From assembly GCA_021162085.1 (NCBI GenBank), contig JAGGZI010000014.1, positions 1 through 44,281 on the forward strand: DNA of 44,281 nt, read 5' to 3'. The position numbers and the translations under genes were made by a program. Each line of letters starts with the position of its first letter. Positions within the stretch are counted from its first letter, which is position 1. The DNA comes from Candidatus Aenigmatarchaeota archaeon (GTDB lineage Archaea; Aenigmatarchaeota; Aenigmatarchaeia; PWEA01; JAGHBM01). Shown piece after piece: positions 1 to 8,949 of this stretch. The notes under the pieces were generated by a model. The model had not been told where the DNA came from. It did not search any database and saw only the letters and a program-made list of their open reading frames with translations.

Positions 1-4
1 AGAT

Positions 5-337
5 TTGACCTCGTACGAAAGAAAATTAAACTCTCTCAGAAGAAGATTAGTATCACTGAGAAAGAAGCCATCATCTCAGATAGAGAAAATAAAGAAATTT
101 GATAAAGAAATAAAGAAAATAGAAAGGAAAATAGAAGATGTAGAGAAAAATGCAATAGAACTTGAGAAGGAAACAAAAATAATAGAAAGAAAGATGAAGA
201 AAAAATCCCCCGAAGTCAAGGAGATGAGGAGCGGATTGTCAAAATTTTTCAAAAGAATAGAATTTTTACATAAAAAGAAATCTAAAATAGAGAATAAAAC
301 TAAGAGGATAAAGAAAAAAATTAAAAAGATGAAGTGA
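5..337 (+). CDS. Lys/Glu-rich coiled-coil protein, probably 5'-truncated by the window edge
   Basis: Highly charged helical ORF that ends 4 nt before the pilus ATPase start. Confidence 0.6.
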   Translation: MTSYERKLNSLRRRLVSLRKKPSSQIEKIKKFDKEIKKIERKIEDVEKNAIELEKETKIIERKMKKKSPEVKEMRSGLSKFFKRIEFLHKKKSKIENKTKRIKKKIKKMK

Positions 338-341
338 TCTT

Positions 342-1925
342 ATGCCCAAGTCAAAGGAGAAAGAATATGAAATATCCGCAGATAATGTGAAGGCAATAGT
401 AAGGATATACAGTAAAAAGGAGGACTACGTCCCAACCTATGAGCTCATAAGACCTATCATAAAGGAAGCCACCTCAGCAGTGTTAAACTCCATAAGAGAA
501 AAACTAATAAGGTCCATTGGAATAAGTGGCAGGGAGATACTTGATCCAAAGGTCATAGAGGATATAAGAGAGAGATCTCTTAAGGAAGCGGACAAGCTCA
601 TTGCAGAACACATGCCACACATATCCAAGGAAAAGAGGGACATTCTCGCGGGACAACTTGTTCATGAGATGTTTGGACTTGGAGATATAGAACTCCTTTT
701 AAAGGATGATGACTTAGAAGAAATAGTTATAAACAACTCTGAAGAGCCTGTATGGGTTTATCATAAAGAGTATGGATGGCTGAAAACAAACATAAAACTA
801 AAAAGCGAGGGAGAAATTTACAACTACGCATCCATGATTGGAAGAAGGATTGGAAGGCAAATTACAAACCTAAATCCATTGATGGATGCTCATCTAACGA
901 CTGGGGACAGGGTAAATGCCACGTTGTTTCCCATATCAACACAGGGAAACACAATAACCATAAGAAAGTTTGCAAGAAATCCATGGACAATTGTACACCT
1001 CATAGACCCTGAAATAAAAACATTGTCTCCTGAGGTTGCAGCACTATTGTGGTTATCAATAGAATACGAACTAAATGTGATAATTGCAGGGGGTACCGCA
1101 TCTGGAAAAACATCTTTGCTTAACGCATTAACCCCTTTCATGCCACCAACTCAAAGAATCATATCAATAGAGGATACCAGAGAGCTTCAACTTCCTGAAT
1201 TCCTTCACTGGGTTCCCATGACCACAAGAGAGCCAAATCCTGAAGGAAAGGGAGAAGTCAGCATGCTCGAACTTATGGTGAACTCACTGAGAATGAGACC
1301 TGATAGGATAATAGTTGGTGAAATAAGAAGGCAGAGACAGGCTGAAGTTCTTTTCGAGGCAATGCACACTGGACATTCGGTTTATTCGACCCTTCATGCA
1401 AATACCGCCGATGAAGTTAGGAGAAGAATGATAAATCCACCCATATCATTGCCAGAAAGTATGCTGGAGGCACTGCACCTTACAGTTGTTCAGTTCAGGC
1501 ACAGGAGGCTTGGCATAAGAAGGACATTTGAGGTTGCTGAATTCGTTCCATCAATGAGGCCAGGAGGAAAATCAAAGGTAGATGTTAATGTTCTTTATAG
1601 CTGGGACCCAAGGAAAGACGTTATCGAGAGGGTTAGACCCAATGCTAAACTGAGAGATATAAGCATGAGACTTGTTGACGAAATAAGAATGCACACTGGT
1701 ATGTCAGACAAGGAATTTGAAGATAACATAGAAGAAAAGAAAAAAATACTTCAATGGATGCTAAAGCAAAACATAAAGACCGTTAATACTGTTGGTAAGG
1801 TCATTGCAGATTATTATAGAGATAAAGATTACGTATTGAATCTCGTCAAAAAAAATAAAACACCTAAACAGATATTTGAAAAGAAACTATTGGATGAGAT
1901 GAGAGCAAGAGGATTAATAAAATGA
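342..1925 (+). CDS. Type II/IV secretion or pilus assembly ATPase (CpaF/TadA/VirB11 family)
   Basis: Walker A GGTASGKTS, Asp box SIEDTRE, LRMRPDRIIVGEIR, His box TGHSVYSTLHA. Confidence 0.95.
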   Translation: MPKSKEKEYEISADNVKAIVRIYSKKEDYVPTYELIRPIIKEATSAVLNSIREKLIRSIGISGREILDPKVIEDIRERSLKEADKLIAEHMPHISKEKRDILAGQLVHEMFGLGDIELLLKDDDLEEIVINNSEEPVWVYHKEYGWLKTNIKLKSEGEIYNYASMIGRRIGRQITNLNPLMDAHLTTGDRVNATLFPISTQGNTITIRKFARNPWTIVHLIDPEIKTLSPEVAALLWLSIEYELNVIIAGGTASGKTSLLNALTPFMPPTQRIISIEDTRELQLPEFLHWVPMTTREPNPEGKGEVSMLELMVNSLRMRPDRIIVGEIRRQRQAEVLFEAMHTGHSVYSTLHANTADEVRRRMINPPISLPESMLEALHLTVVQFRHRRLGIRRTFEVAEFVPSMRPGGKSKVDVNVLYSWDPRKDVIERVRPNAKLRDISMRLVDEIRMHTGMSDKEFEDNIEEKKKILQWMLKQNIKTVNTVGKVIADYYRDKDYVLNLVKKNKTPKQIFEKKLLDEMRARGLIK

Positions 1926-1935
1926 GAAGATTAAC

Positions 1936-2811
1936 ATGAAGAGAATACCACTTATCCCTGTTCCTATAGAAAAAGCAAAGAGTATATCGAGAAGACTTAG
2001 ATGGATTAGTAAATCTCTTGTTGTTCTTGTGCCAGGATTGAAGAGAGACCTATATCAAAGTGAAATCAACATCAAGCCAATAGAGTACATGGGAATAGTT
2101 CTATTCTCATCAATCTTTTATTCTGTATTATTGGGAGGACTAACATCACTACTCAGCGTAATCTTCAGGGGGGTATTAGATCCAATGGGTATTATAATTG
2201 GCTTATTCTTTTTCTTTGTCACATTTTATTTTCTGAGCTTTTATCCACACATCATTACGAAGAGAAGAGTTAAGAGCTTGGAGATGAACCTTCTTTTTGT
2301 CCTAAGGCACATCCTCATAGAAGTTAGAAGTGGTATACCCCTGTTCAATGCCATGGTTGGTGTGAGCACGGGATATGGTGAAATATCAAAGGAGTTTGAA
2401 AAAGTTGTAAAGGATGTAACCGGAGGATTGGATGAGGTGGATGCTCTGAATAAGATAGCAGAGAGAAACCCATCAATCTATTTCAGAAGGGCAATATGGC
2501 AAATAGTGAATGCCCTAAAGGCTGGGAGTGACATCGGAGATACACTCGAAGCCATAACGGACGATTTTTCTCAAAAGCAAATTACAGAAATAAAGAGTTA
2601 TGGCCAGCAACTAAACCCATGGACAATGCTGTATATGATAATAGCTGTCATAGTACCCAGCCTTGGTCTGACATTCCTCATAATCCTCTCATCATTTTCT
2701 GGAATTACGATACCAAAAGTTATCTTCTCACTTATATTTGTTGGTTTATTTCTATTTCAGATATTTTTCATGGGATTCATTAAAAGCAAAAGACCTTCAG
2801 TTGTGATTTAA
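1936..2811 (+). CDS. Type II secretion system F family membrane platform protein (TadB/TadC-like)
   Basis: TM segments flank an RSGIPLFNAM...ALKAGSDIGDTL T2SSF-like domain; follows the ATPase. Confidence 0.85.
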   Translation: MKRIPLIPVPIEKAKSISRRLRWISKSLVVLVPGLKRDLYQSEINIKPIEYMGIVLFSSIFYSVLLGGLTSLLSVIFRGVLDPMGIIIGLFFFFVTFYFLSFYPHIITKRRVKSLEMNLLFVLRHILIEVRSGIPLFNAMVGVSTGYGEISKEFEKVVKDVTGGLDEVDALNKIAERNPSIYFRRAIWQIVNALKAGSDIGDTLEAITDDFSQKQITEIKSYGQQLNPWTMLYMIIAVIVPSLGLTFLIILSSFSGITIPKVIFSLIFVGLFLFQIFFMGFIKSKRPSVVI

Positions 2812-3801
2812 ATGAGAAGAATATATAGAGTGTTTGGACAATTCGCACCTTACAAGAGATCTTTAAAGAATATACTAAGGTATGCGGGGATAGAAGACAT
2901 TTCATCATTGGAGTTTTCAGGATTTATGATATTGTATTCCTCTATACTTGCCATGATAAGCTTTTTGTTGGGATTGTTCCTATTTGATTTTCTTACTTCT
3001 GTTATTATTGCGATAAGCGCTTTCTTCGGGTTCCAGTTGTTCCTTTACGTCATCTTAAGTCTTGTTGTGGATAGTCGGGCAAGACAAATAGAAGAGGTCT
3101 TACCGGATGCGTTGCAGCTGATGTCCGCCAACATAAGAGCTGGGATGACTCTTGACCGAGCATTGTGGCTTGCAGCAAGGCCTGAGTTTGGGCCTCTGGA
3201 AGAAGAAATAAAAAGGTTTGGAAAGAACGTATTCGGTGGGAAATCCATGATTGATTCCTTAAAGGAGATGGGAACCAGAGTCAGGTCAGATATATTGGAT
3301 AGAACCATAAAGCTCATCCAGGAAGGTATAGAATCCGGTGGAGAGATGGCACATTTGCTTGAAGAAACTGCAGCAGATATAAGAAATATAAAGGCGATGA
3401 AACAGGAGATTAAAAGTAACGTTATGATGTATTCTATGTTCATAATATTCGCATCCGTTATAGGGGCGCCTGTTCTTTTCGCGGTTTCCGTTTATTTCAT
3501 AGAAGTTATAAGTGGTTTGTGGAGTGCTCAGACATCTCAAATAGGAAAAACACCATATTATCAAACAGGTATGATAAAAATGAAAGGCCCTCAAGTATCG
3601 AGTGGTGATATGCTCTTATTTTCTGTGTCATCAATAATACTCACCACAGTATTTGGGGCACTCATAATTGGTTTGATACAAAGTGGTAAAGAAAAAAGAG
3701 GATTGAAGTACATACCATTTCTCACAGGCGGTGCCCTCCTGATTTTCTTTGGAGTTAGATTCGTCATATCGTCCATGTTTAGTAGCTTTTTAGGATTTTA
3801 G
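2812..3801 (+). CDS. Type II secretion system F family membrane platform protein (TadC-like)
   Basis: LPDALQLMSANIRAGMT...FGPLEEEI...ESGGEMAHLLE motifs, multiple TM helices. Confidence 0.9.
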   Translation: MRRIYRVFGQFAPYKRSLKNILRYAGIEDISSLEFSGFMILYSSILAMISFLLGLFLFDFLTSVIIAISAFFGFQLFLYVILSLVVDSRARQIEEVLPDALQLMSANIRAGMTLDRALWLAARPEFGPLEEEIKRFGKNVFGGKSMIDSLKEMGTRVRSDILDRTIKLIQEGIESGGEMAHLLEETAADIRNIKAMKQEIKSNVMMYSMFIIFASVIGAPVLFAVSVYFIEVISGLWSAQTSQIGKTPYYQTGMIKMKGPQVSSGDMLLFSVSSIILTTVFGALIIGLIQSGKEKRGLKYIPFLTGGALLIFFGVRFVISSMFSSFLGF

Positions 3802-3854
3802 TTCATTGATAATCTTTATAAATGACTATTCTCTAAATATTCTTAGGTGAAAAC

Positions 3855-4319
3855 ATGTTCGGACGAAAAGGACAATCAGCACTAGAGTACTTGATGACCT
3901 ATGGATGGGCTATATTAATAATAATAGTAGTAGGAGGAGTTCTTTACTACTATGGTGTGTTTTCTCCAGGAAAGATCGTTGGAGAAAGCAAAACAGGATT
4001 CAGCAAAGTCCAGGTAGATACATGGGGAATAGATACTAGCGGCAACTTACAATTAGTACTTGAAAACAGGGTAGGTAGCGATATAAACATAACCCAAATA
4101 GAAGTAAAGTCAGGAACAAAGACAGATACTTATACACCTACAGGTGGTATACCACTAACGGCTGGACAAAGGAGTGATCTTGAAACTGTAACACTAACAA
4201 ACAACAAGCTGAATGCTGGTGACACATATAAATTCGATGTTACAATAACTTACTACTTACAGGATTATGGCCCTGGAACAACGTTCAGAAGTACTGGAAT
4301 GCTGTCAGGAACAGCTTAA
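3855..4319 (+). CDS. Archaeal type IV pilin (class III signal peptide)
   Basis: RKG/QSALEYLMTYGWAILII prepilin cleavage motif, hydrophobic helix, beta-rich body; GGTGA RBS. Confidence 0.9.
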   Translation: MFGRKGQSALEYLMTYGWAILIIIVVGGVLYYYGVFSPGKIVGESKTGFSKVQVDTWGIDTSGNLQLVLENRVGSDINITQIEVKSGTKTDTYTPTGGIPLTAGQRSDLETVTLTNNKLNAGDTYKFDVTITYYLQDYGPGTTFRSTGMLSGTA

Positions 4320-4394
4320 GCAAACTATTTTCCTTTTTTTTATTTTAATTTTCTATTAATTTCTAGCGTTACATAACCCATTTTCGGTGAGAAG

Positions 4395-4532
4395 ATGATT
4401 GGAATATGTAAATCATGTGGGAAAGTTGCCGAGCTTCGCACATGTCCTGTGTGTGGTGCCTTGGTTTGCTCGAATTGCCTCATACCTGGTGATGGCTGCA
4501 AATTGTGTCACAGTAGAAAAACTATAAAATAG
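4395..4532 (+). CDS. 45-aa zinc-finger microprotein (4x CxxC), not in the ORF track
   Basis: Hand translation MIGICKSCGKVAELRTCPVCGALVCSNCLIPGDGCKLCHSRKTIK*; GGTGA RBS upstream. Confidence 0.8.
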   Translation: MIGICKSCGKVAELRTCPVCGALVCSNCLIPGDGCKLCHSRKTIK

Positions 4533-4541
4533 AAAGAAAAA

Positions 4542-4721
4542 TCAGGCATTCTGCTTGTATATATCCATTTTTTCTTCGTCTGTCAATTCAAATGGTGTTC
4601 CATCTAATCCTTTATAAAGTTTATCTAAACCACTGCCATATGTTATTCTTTCCAATATAACCACTTTTTCATCTGGTCCTAAAGAACTACTTCCTAAAAC
4701 AGCATCAACTTCTCTACTCAT
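4542..4721 (-). CDS. 59-aa acidic hypothetical microprotein, not in the ORF track
   Basis: MSREVDAVLGSSSLGPDEKVVILERITYGSGLDKLYKGLDGTPFELTDEEKMDIYKQNA*; strong GGAGGTG RBS and a TTTATATA box upstream. Confidence 0.7.
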   Translation of the reverse strand: MSREVDAVLGSSSLGPDEKVVILERITYGSGLDKLYKGLDGTPFELTDEEKMDIYKQNA

Positions 4722-4820
4722 CTCAACACCTCCTTAAAGTATTACTAATATGTAGTTAATACTATATAAAGTTAACTATTTAGTTTTATTGGGTTCAAGG
4801 TATATGTAAGGTGCTGTTTT

Positions 4821-5399
4821 ATGAGGTTTGGAGCGCTTGAAATTCTTACGAATGATGAAGTTTATGAGCCAAGGGGAGATAGCTTTCTTTTAGCTGAATT
4901 TCTCGAAGGGATGAAAGACCTTGGTGATGTTCTGGATATGGGAACTGGCTCTGGTATTCAGGCACTAGTGGCATCAAAAAATGCAAAAAATGTTTTAGGT
5001 GTGGATGTAAACCCTGAAGCTGTGAAACTGGCAAGAAAAAATGCAAAAATAAATGGCATAAGAAACGCCTCCTTTGTGGTAAGCGACCTATTTGAAAACG
5101 TTAAAGAAAAATTTGACCTGATAATCTTCAATCCACCATACTTGCCAGTTGATGACAAAATAAAAGGAGCAGAGCAATGGTCTTGTGGAAAGAATTTAGA
5201 GATCATAAAAAGGTTTGCAAGAGATGCAAAAAATCACCTGAAGGAGAATGGAAATATCCTAATGGTCATATCTTCCATAACTGGCTTGAAAGGGGTTAAA
5301 AAAATTTTTGAAGAATTTGAATTTAAAGTTGAGGCTGTAGGAAAGAAAAAAATTCCATGGGAAACTCTATATATCCTCGAAATAAAAATTAAAAGTTAA
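4821..5399 (+). CDS. prmC: HemK2/PrmC (MTQ2-like) release factor glutamine methyltransferase
   Basis: VYEPRGDSFLL, VLDMGTGSG SAM motif, NPPY motif. Confidence 0.9.
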   Translation: MRFGALEILTNDEVYEPRGDSFLLAEFLEGMKDLGDVLDMGTGSGIQALVASKNAKNVLGVDVNPEAVKLARKNAKINGIRNASFVVSDLFENVKEKFDLIIFNPPYLPVDDKIKGAEQWSCGKNLEIIKRFARDAKNHLKENGNILMVISSITGLKGVKKIFEEFEFKVEAVGKKKIPWETLYILEIKIKS

Positions 5400-5416
5400 A
5401 AATCAATTTATTTCTT

Positions 5417-6244
5417 ATGCCAACGAATCTTCCAGCTGAATGGTACATTGTCAAAGAAGAATACGGCAGAGCCACAGGAAAAGAGAAAATTGAAAAGTTA
5501 AAAAAACTTCTTTCAGTGACACCAACACACAAAGGAGCTGAAAAACTCAGGGCACAACTGAAAAAGAAATTATCTGAGCTGAAAAAGGAGGAAATGAAGA
5601 AAAGAAAATTGAGCAGGAAATCCATGAGCATCCCAAAGGAAGGGTGTGCACGCGTATCAATAATAGGGCTACCAAATTCCGGAAAGTCAACATTTTTGAA
5701 GAAGTTCACAGGTGCAGAACCTAAGATAGCTGAGTACCCTTACACAACAACCAAACCGGAGGTTGGTATGTTCAAGCACAGGGGAATTCTAATACAGATG
5801 ATAGAGATCCCGTCAACGCTCACAAGAGAAGTTCTCTCAATAGCGCACTCATCAGAATTAGTCCTGTTCCTTGTGGGAAAAAACATCGATGAAGCTCAGC
5901 AGTTGAAGGAACTTAGAAAAATAATAGAGAAGGAAAATTTTAAGAGATACATATTCGTCAAGAGTGATATAATGGAGGAAGAGCTATTCAAAAAAATATG
6001 GAAGAAGCTTGATTTGATTAGAATTTACACAAAGGAACATGGAAAGAAAAAAATTGATAATCCTATCATAATGAAAAAAGGCTCAAAGGTGATCGACCTA
6101 TGCAAAAGATTACATAAAGATTTCCTAAGATACTTTAAGTACGCTAAGATAAAAGGACCCTCTGCAAAATTCGATTGGGAGAGAGTTGGGATAGAGCACG
6201 AGCTGGAAGATGGTGACATTGTAGAGATTCATATGAAGGAATAA
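5417..6244 (+). CDS. DRG/Rbg-like GTP-binding protein with TGS domain (shortened)
   Basis: MPTNLP...HKGAEKLRAQLK N-terminus, GLPNSGKST, YPYTT, C-terminal TGS (VGIEHELEDGDIVEIH). Confidence 0.88.
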   Translation: MPTNLPAEWYIVKEEYGRATGKEKIEKLKKLLSVTPTHKGAEKLRAQLKKKLSELKKEEMKKRKLSRKSMSIPKEGCARVSIIGLPNSGKSTFLKKFTGAEPKIAEYPYTTTKPEVGMFKHRGILIQMIEIPSTLTREVLSIAHSSELVLFLVGKNIDEAQQLKELRKIIEKENFKRYIFVKSDIMEEELFKKIWKKLDLIRIYTKEHGKKKIDNPIIMKKGSKVIDLCKRLHKDFLRYFKYAKIKGPSAKFDWERVGIEHELEDGDIVEIHMKE

Positions 6245-6285
6245 TAAAGTTTTTTATTTATTTGGAAATTGAACATTATTTTAAT

Positions 6286-7275
6286 ATGAAAATAGCATTC
6301 TTTGAGACAAAAAAATGGGAAAGAAACTTCTTGAAAAGAAAATTAAAGAATCATAAAATTAAATTCTTTGAGGAGCGACTGAACCCAGATAATGTGGAAG
6401 AAATAAAGAACTTCGATGTTATATCAGTTTTCATTTATTCTAAAATTAATAAAACAATTCTTCAGAGACTTCCAAAACTGAAGTTAATAACTACAAGGTC
6501 AACCGGATATGACCACATAGACTTAAAAGAATGTAAGAAAAAAGGTATAACCGTTTGCAATGTCCCATTCTACGGTGAGAATACTGTAGCAGAGCATACA
6601 TTTGGCTTGATATTATCTCTTTCAAGAAACATATGCAAGTCATATATAAGGACAATTAATGGAAACTACTCAACCGAAGGCTTAAAGGGATTTGATTTGA
6701 AGGATAAAACACTTGGTGTCATGGGGGCAGGCCATATAGGGCTACATGTCATAAGGATCGCCAAAGGATTTGGAATGAACGTATTGGCATATGATGTAAA
6801 ACAGGATATGTTGCTATCAGAAGTACTTGGCTTCAAGTACGTATCTCTTGGAGAACTTCTTAAAAAGTCAGACATAATAACACTTCATGTTCCTCACAAC
6901 AAATACACACATCATCTCATAAACAGGAAAAATATAAAATTGGTTAAAAGAGGTGCCATACTTATTAACACGTCTCGCGGTGCCGTGGTGGAAACCGAAG
7001 CACTTATAGAAGGGCTAAACAAGAAGATACTGCATGGTGTTGGATTAGATGTCATAGAAGGTGAAGAAGTGATAAAAGAAGAGAAACTTCTCGAGGAGAA
7101 GAAAAGAGAATATATGAAAGACCTTATAAAGAATCAACTCTTGAACAGAGAAAATGTTGTATTCACTCCACATATAGCATTTTACAGCCAAGAGGCTTTA
7201 GAAAGGATTTTAGAGACTACAACAAAAAACATAAATTCCTTCGTCTCAGGCAATCCAGAAAATGTTATTGAGTAG
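6286..7275 (+). CDS. D-isomer-specific 2-hydroxyacid (D-lactate-type) dehydrogenase
   Basis: TRSTGYDHID, GAGHIG, INTSRG, TPHIAFYS motifs; ATG at 6286 preferred over TTG at 6262. Confidence 0.9.
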   Translation: MKIAFFETKKWERNFLKRKLKNHKIKFFEERLNPDNVEEIKNFDVISVFIYSKINKTILQRLPKLKLITTRSTGYDHIDLKECKKKGITVCNVPFYGENTVAEHTFGLILSLSRNICKSYIRTINGNYSTEGLKGFDLKDKTLGVMGAGHIGLHVIRIAKGFGMNVLAYDVKQDMLLSEVLGFKYVSLGELLKKSDIITLHVPHNKYTHHLINRKNIKLVKRGAILINTSRGAVVETEALIEGLNKKILHGVGLDVIEGEEVIKEEKLLEEKKREYMKDLIKNQLLNRENVVFTPHIAFYSQEALERILETTTKNINSFVSGNPENVIE

Positions 7276-7276
7276 T

Positions 7277-7795
7277 TCACTGCACAGATATATTTGCTTT
7301 CTTCATTATGAATTCTGTCCATCTCTCGGGGTCGCCAACCCCTTCCAACACCATAGATTCTGGATCCCCAGGTGTCTTAAACTTCAAATCTGCAGTACCT
7401 AGGATTCTCTGAGCAAGAGTCCTTTTTGTATGAAAGTAGTCTATGTGATCGTAGGAGACATCCCTTATATCAGTTATAAATATTCCGACTTCCCTGACAA
7501 CTCTATCATCATAGAACACATATTTAATCCTAAATCTTTTAACCTCTGCAATAAAAACGAGAAACATCCCAAAAATAAAAAGTGGTAGGGAAATTGAATG
7601 TATAAACCTCATAGAAGTTAAAGATATGTTGGAGGAACTTACAAGGCCGCTTAAGTAATTGGAAACCAGTTCCCGTGTGGTTAAATTATAGTTAGCTAAT
7701 ATTTTATACAAGAAAGGCACCATTAAGATAAATCCAATGAGATAATACTTGAAAAGTTTTGGCCACAACCTTGAGGGTCTAATTGCAACTTCCAT
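7277..7795 (-). CDS. Membrane protein with bacterial PH (bPH_2) domain
   Basis: Two TM helices then Y...DRVVREVGIF...I...RTLAQRILGTADLKF pattern. Confidence 0.75.
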   Translation of the reverse strand: MEVAIRPSRLWPKLFKYYLIGFILMVPFLYKILANYNLTTRELVSNYLSGLVSSSNISLTSMRFIHSISLPLFIFGMFLVFIAEVKRFRIKYVFYDDRVVREVGIFITDIRDVSYDHIDYFHTKRTLAQRILGTADLKFKTPGDPESMVLEGVGDPERWTEFIMKKANISVQ

Positions 7796-7889
7796 TCAAA
7801 CCAATAATAATTGGAGTATTTTATTTATAATAATTTTTATTTGGAGATCTCGTACCTGAGTTGTATGTATTCCATCATTTTCCATAATC

Positions 7890-8228
7890 CTAAATAATGC
7901 TAATTGAAAAAATTGTTATAAAGATTATTAAGAATATTAGTATTTCTTTTCTGAACTCCTTTTTGCCTCTGATTAAATCATATGTATAAACTATAAGACA
8001 AGATATTATCTGCCAATAAACCACAAGAACCAGGAGATAAAGTATCACACCAAAAAATGCTCCTATTTGCATATAACTCACCAAATGAATTAGAAAAAAC
8101 ACCTCCATTGTTCTACCGTAAATCATACCCGTAACAGAAAAAAGCAATATTGCTGTAAAAACAATCCCCTTTCTCCAATCAGGTCTTATAAAATCTTTAA
8201 CAAATTTCCAGTCCATATTTAATTTCAT
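7890..8228 (-). CDS. Small hypothetical membrane protein
   Basis: Hydrophobic ORF (FIRPDWRK then TM helices). The track start at 8291 lies inside tRNA-Met, so a start at 8228 or 8216 is more likely. Confidence 0.65.
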   Translation of the reverse strand: MKLNMDWKFVKDFIRPDWRKGIVFTAILLFSVTGMIYGRTMEVFFLIHLVSYMQIGAFFGVILYLLVLVVYWQIISCLIVYTYDLIRGKKEFRKEILIFLIIFITIFSISII

Positions 8229-8267
8229 TCTTCTTCGAATTATTAAACTTAATTTCTTAAATATTCT

Positions 8268-8470
8268 TGGTGCCTGGGGTGGGTCAACCATTTCCCCAGA
8301 AAACGCTTTGCGTCTTCAAGTTTTGGGAAGTACAGAGACCTTTTTTGAAAAAGGGATCTGTTTTCGAACCCACGACCTCTAGATTTCTCACCATATCATA
8401 ATCCTCTCAGACTCATCACTCATAACTTTTGTTATGAGTCTAGCGCTCTAACCAACTGAGCTACCCAGGC
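8268..8470 (-). tRNA. tRNA-Met(CAT), elongator type, 2 introns (37/38: 8385-8432; T-loop ~59/60: 8285-8362)
   Basis: Spliced GCCTGGGTAGCTCAGTTGGTTAGAGCGCTAGACTCATA/ATCTAGAGGTCGTGGGTTCGAA/ACCCACCCCAGGCACCA; BHB helix CUCA/UGAG at the anticodon intron. Confidence 0.88.
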
Positions 8471-8533
8471 ATCTGAGATTCTAATTAGAGTTTCTTTTCA
8501 TACAACACTTTTCTTTGTGAAAGAAAAGGTTGT

Positions 8534-8796
8534 TGGTGGACCCGGGGAGATAAGGGAAACTTGAAAAGTTTCCAAGTTCTTTCCCTTGAGGCTTTCTTTT
8601 GAAGAAAGGCTCATTTGAACTCCCGACCTCTACGTAGCCCTTTTCCGCATACGCACAGAAGCGTTAACGGAAAATTTATCAGCGTAGCGCTCTAATTACC
8701 CACACTTTTCTTTTTCTCACAAACTTGACTGAAGTTTCTTTTCCCACAGTCTTTTCTTTGTGAAAGAAAAGCTGTTCCAAGCTGAGCTACGGGTCC
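8534..8796 (-). tRNA. tRNA-Ile(GAT), 3 introns (D-loop: 8696-8776; 37/38: 8636-8676; 59/60: 8551-8613)
   Basis: Spliced GGACCCGTAGCTCAGCTTGG/TTAGAGCGCTACGCTGATA/ACGTAGAGGTCGGGAGTTCAAA/TCTCCCCGGGTCCACCA forms a complete cloverleaf. Confidence 0.88.
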
Positions 8797-8949
8797 ATTG
8801 TAAATTAATTTTTATGCAATCTATAAAAAAGTTTCCCTTCCATTCAAGGCAATGTATACTCAAGACCTGAGAAAGAAATAAGGATAAAAATCGATGCCTT
8901 ACTACACACCGACATTTAAAAACAAAAAATTTTGGTGGACTTGTCGGGA

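Noticed and set aside
8268-8470. tRNA-Ile2(CAT) or initiator tRNA assignment
   Set aside because: The GCC-starting acceptor stem fits elongator Met; it lacks the initiator A1:U72 pair and the GGG/CCC anticodon stem
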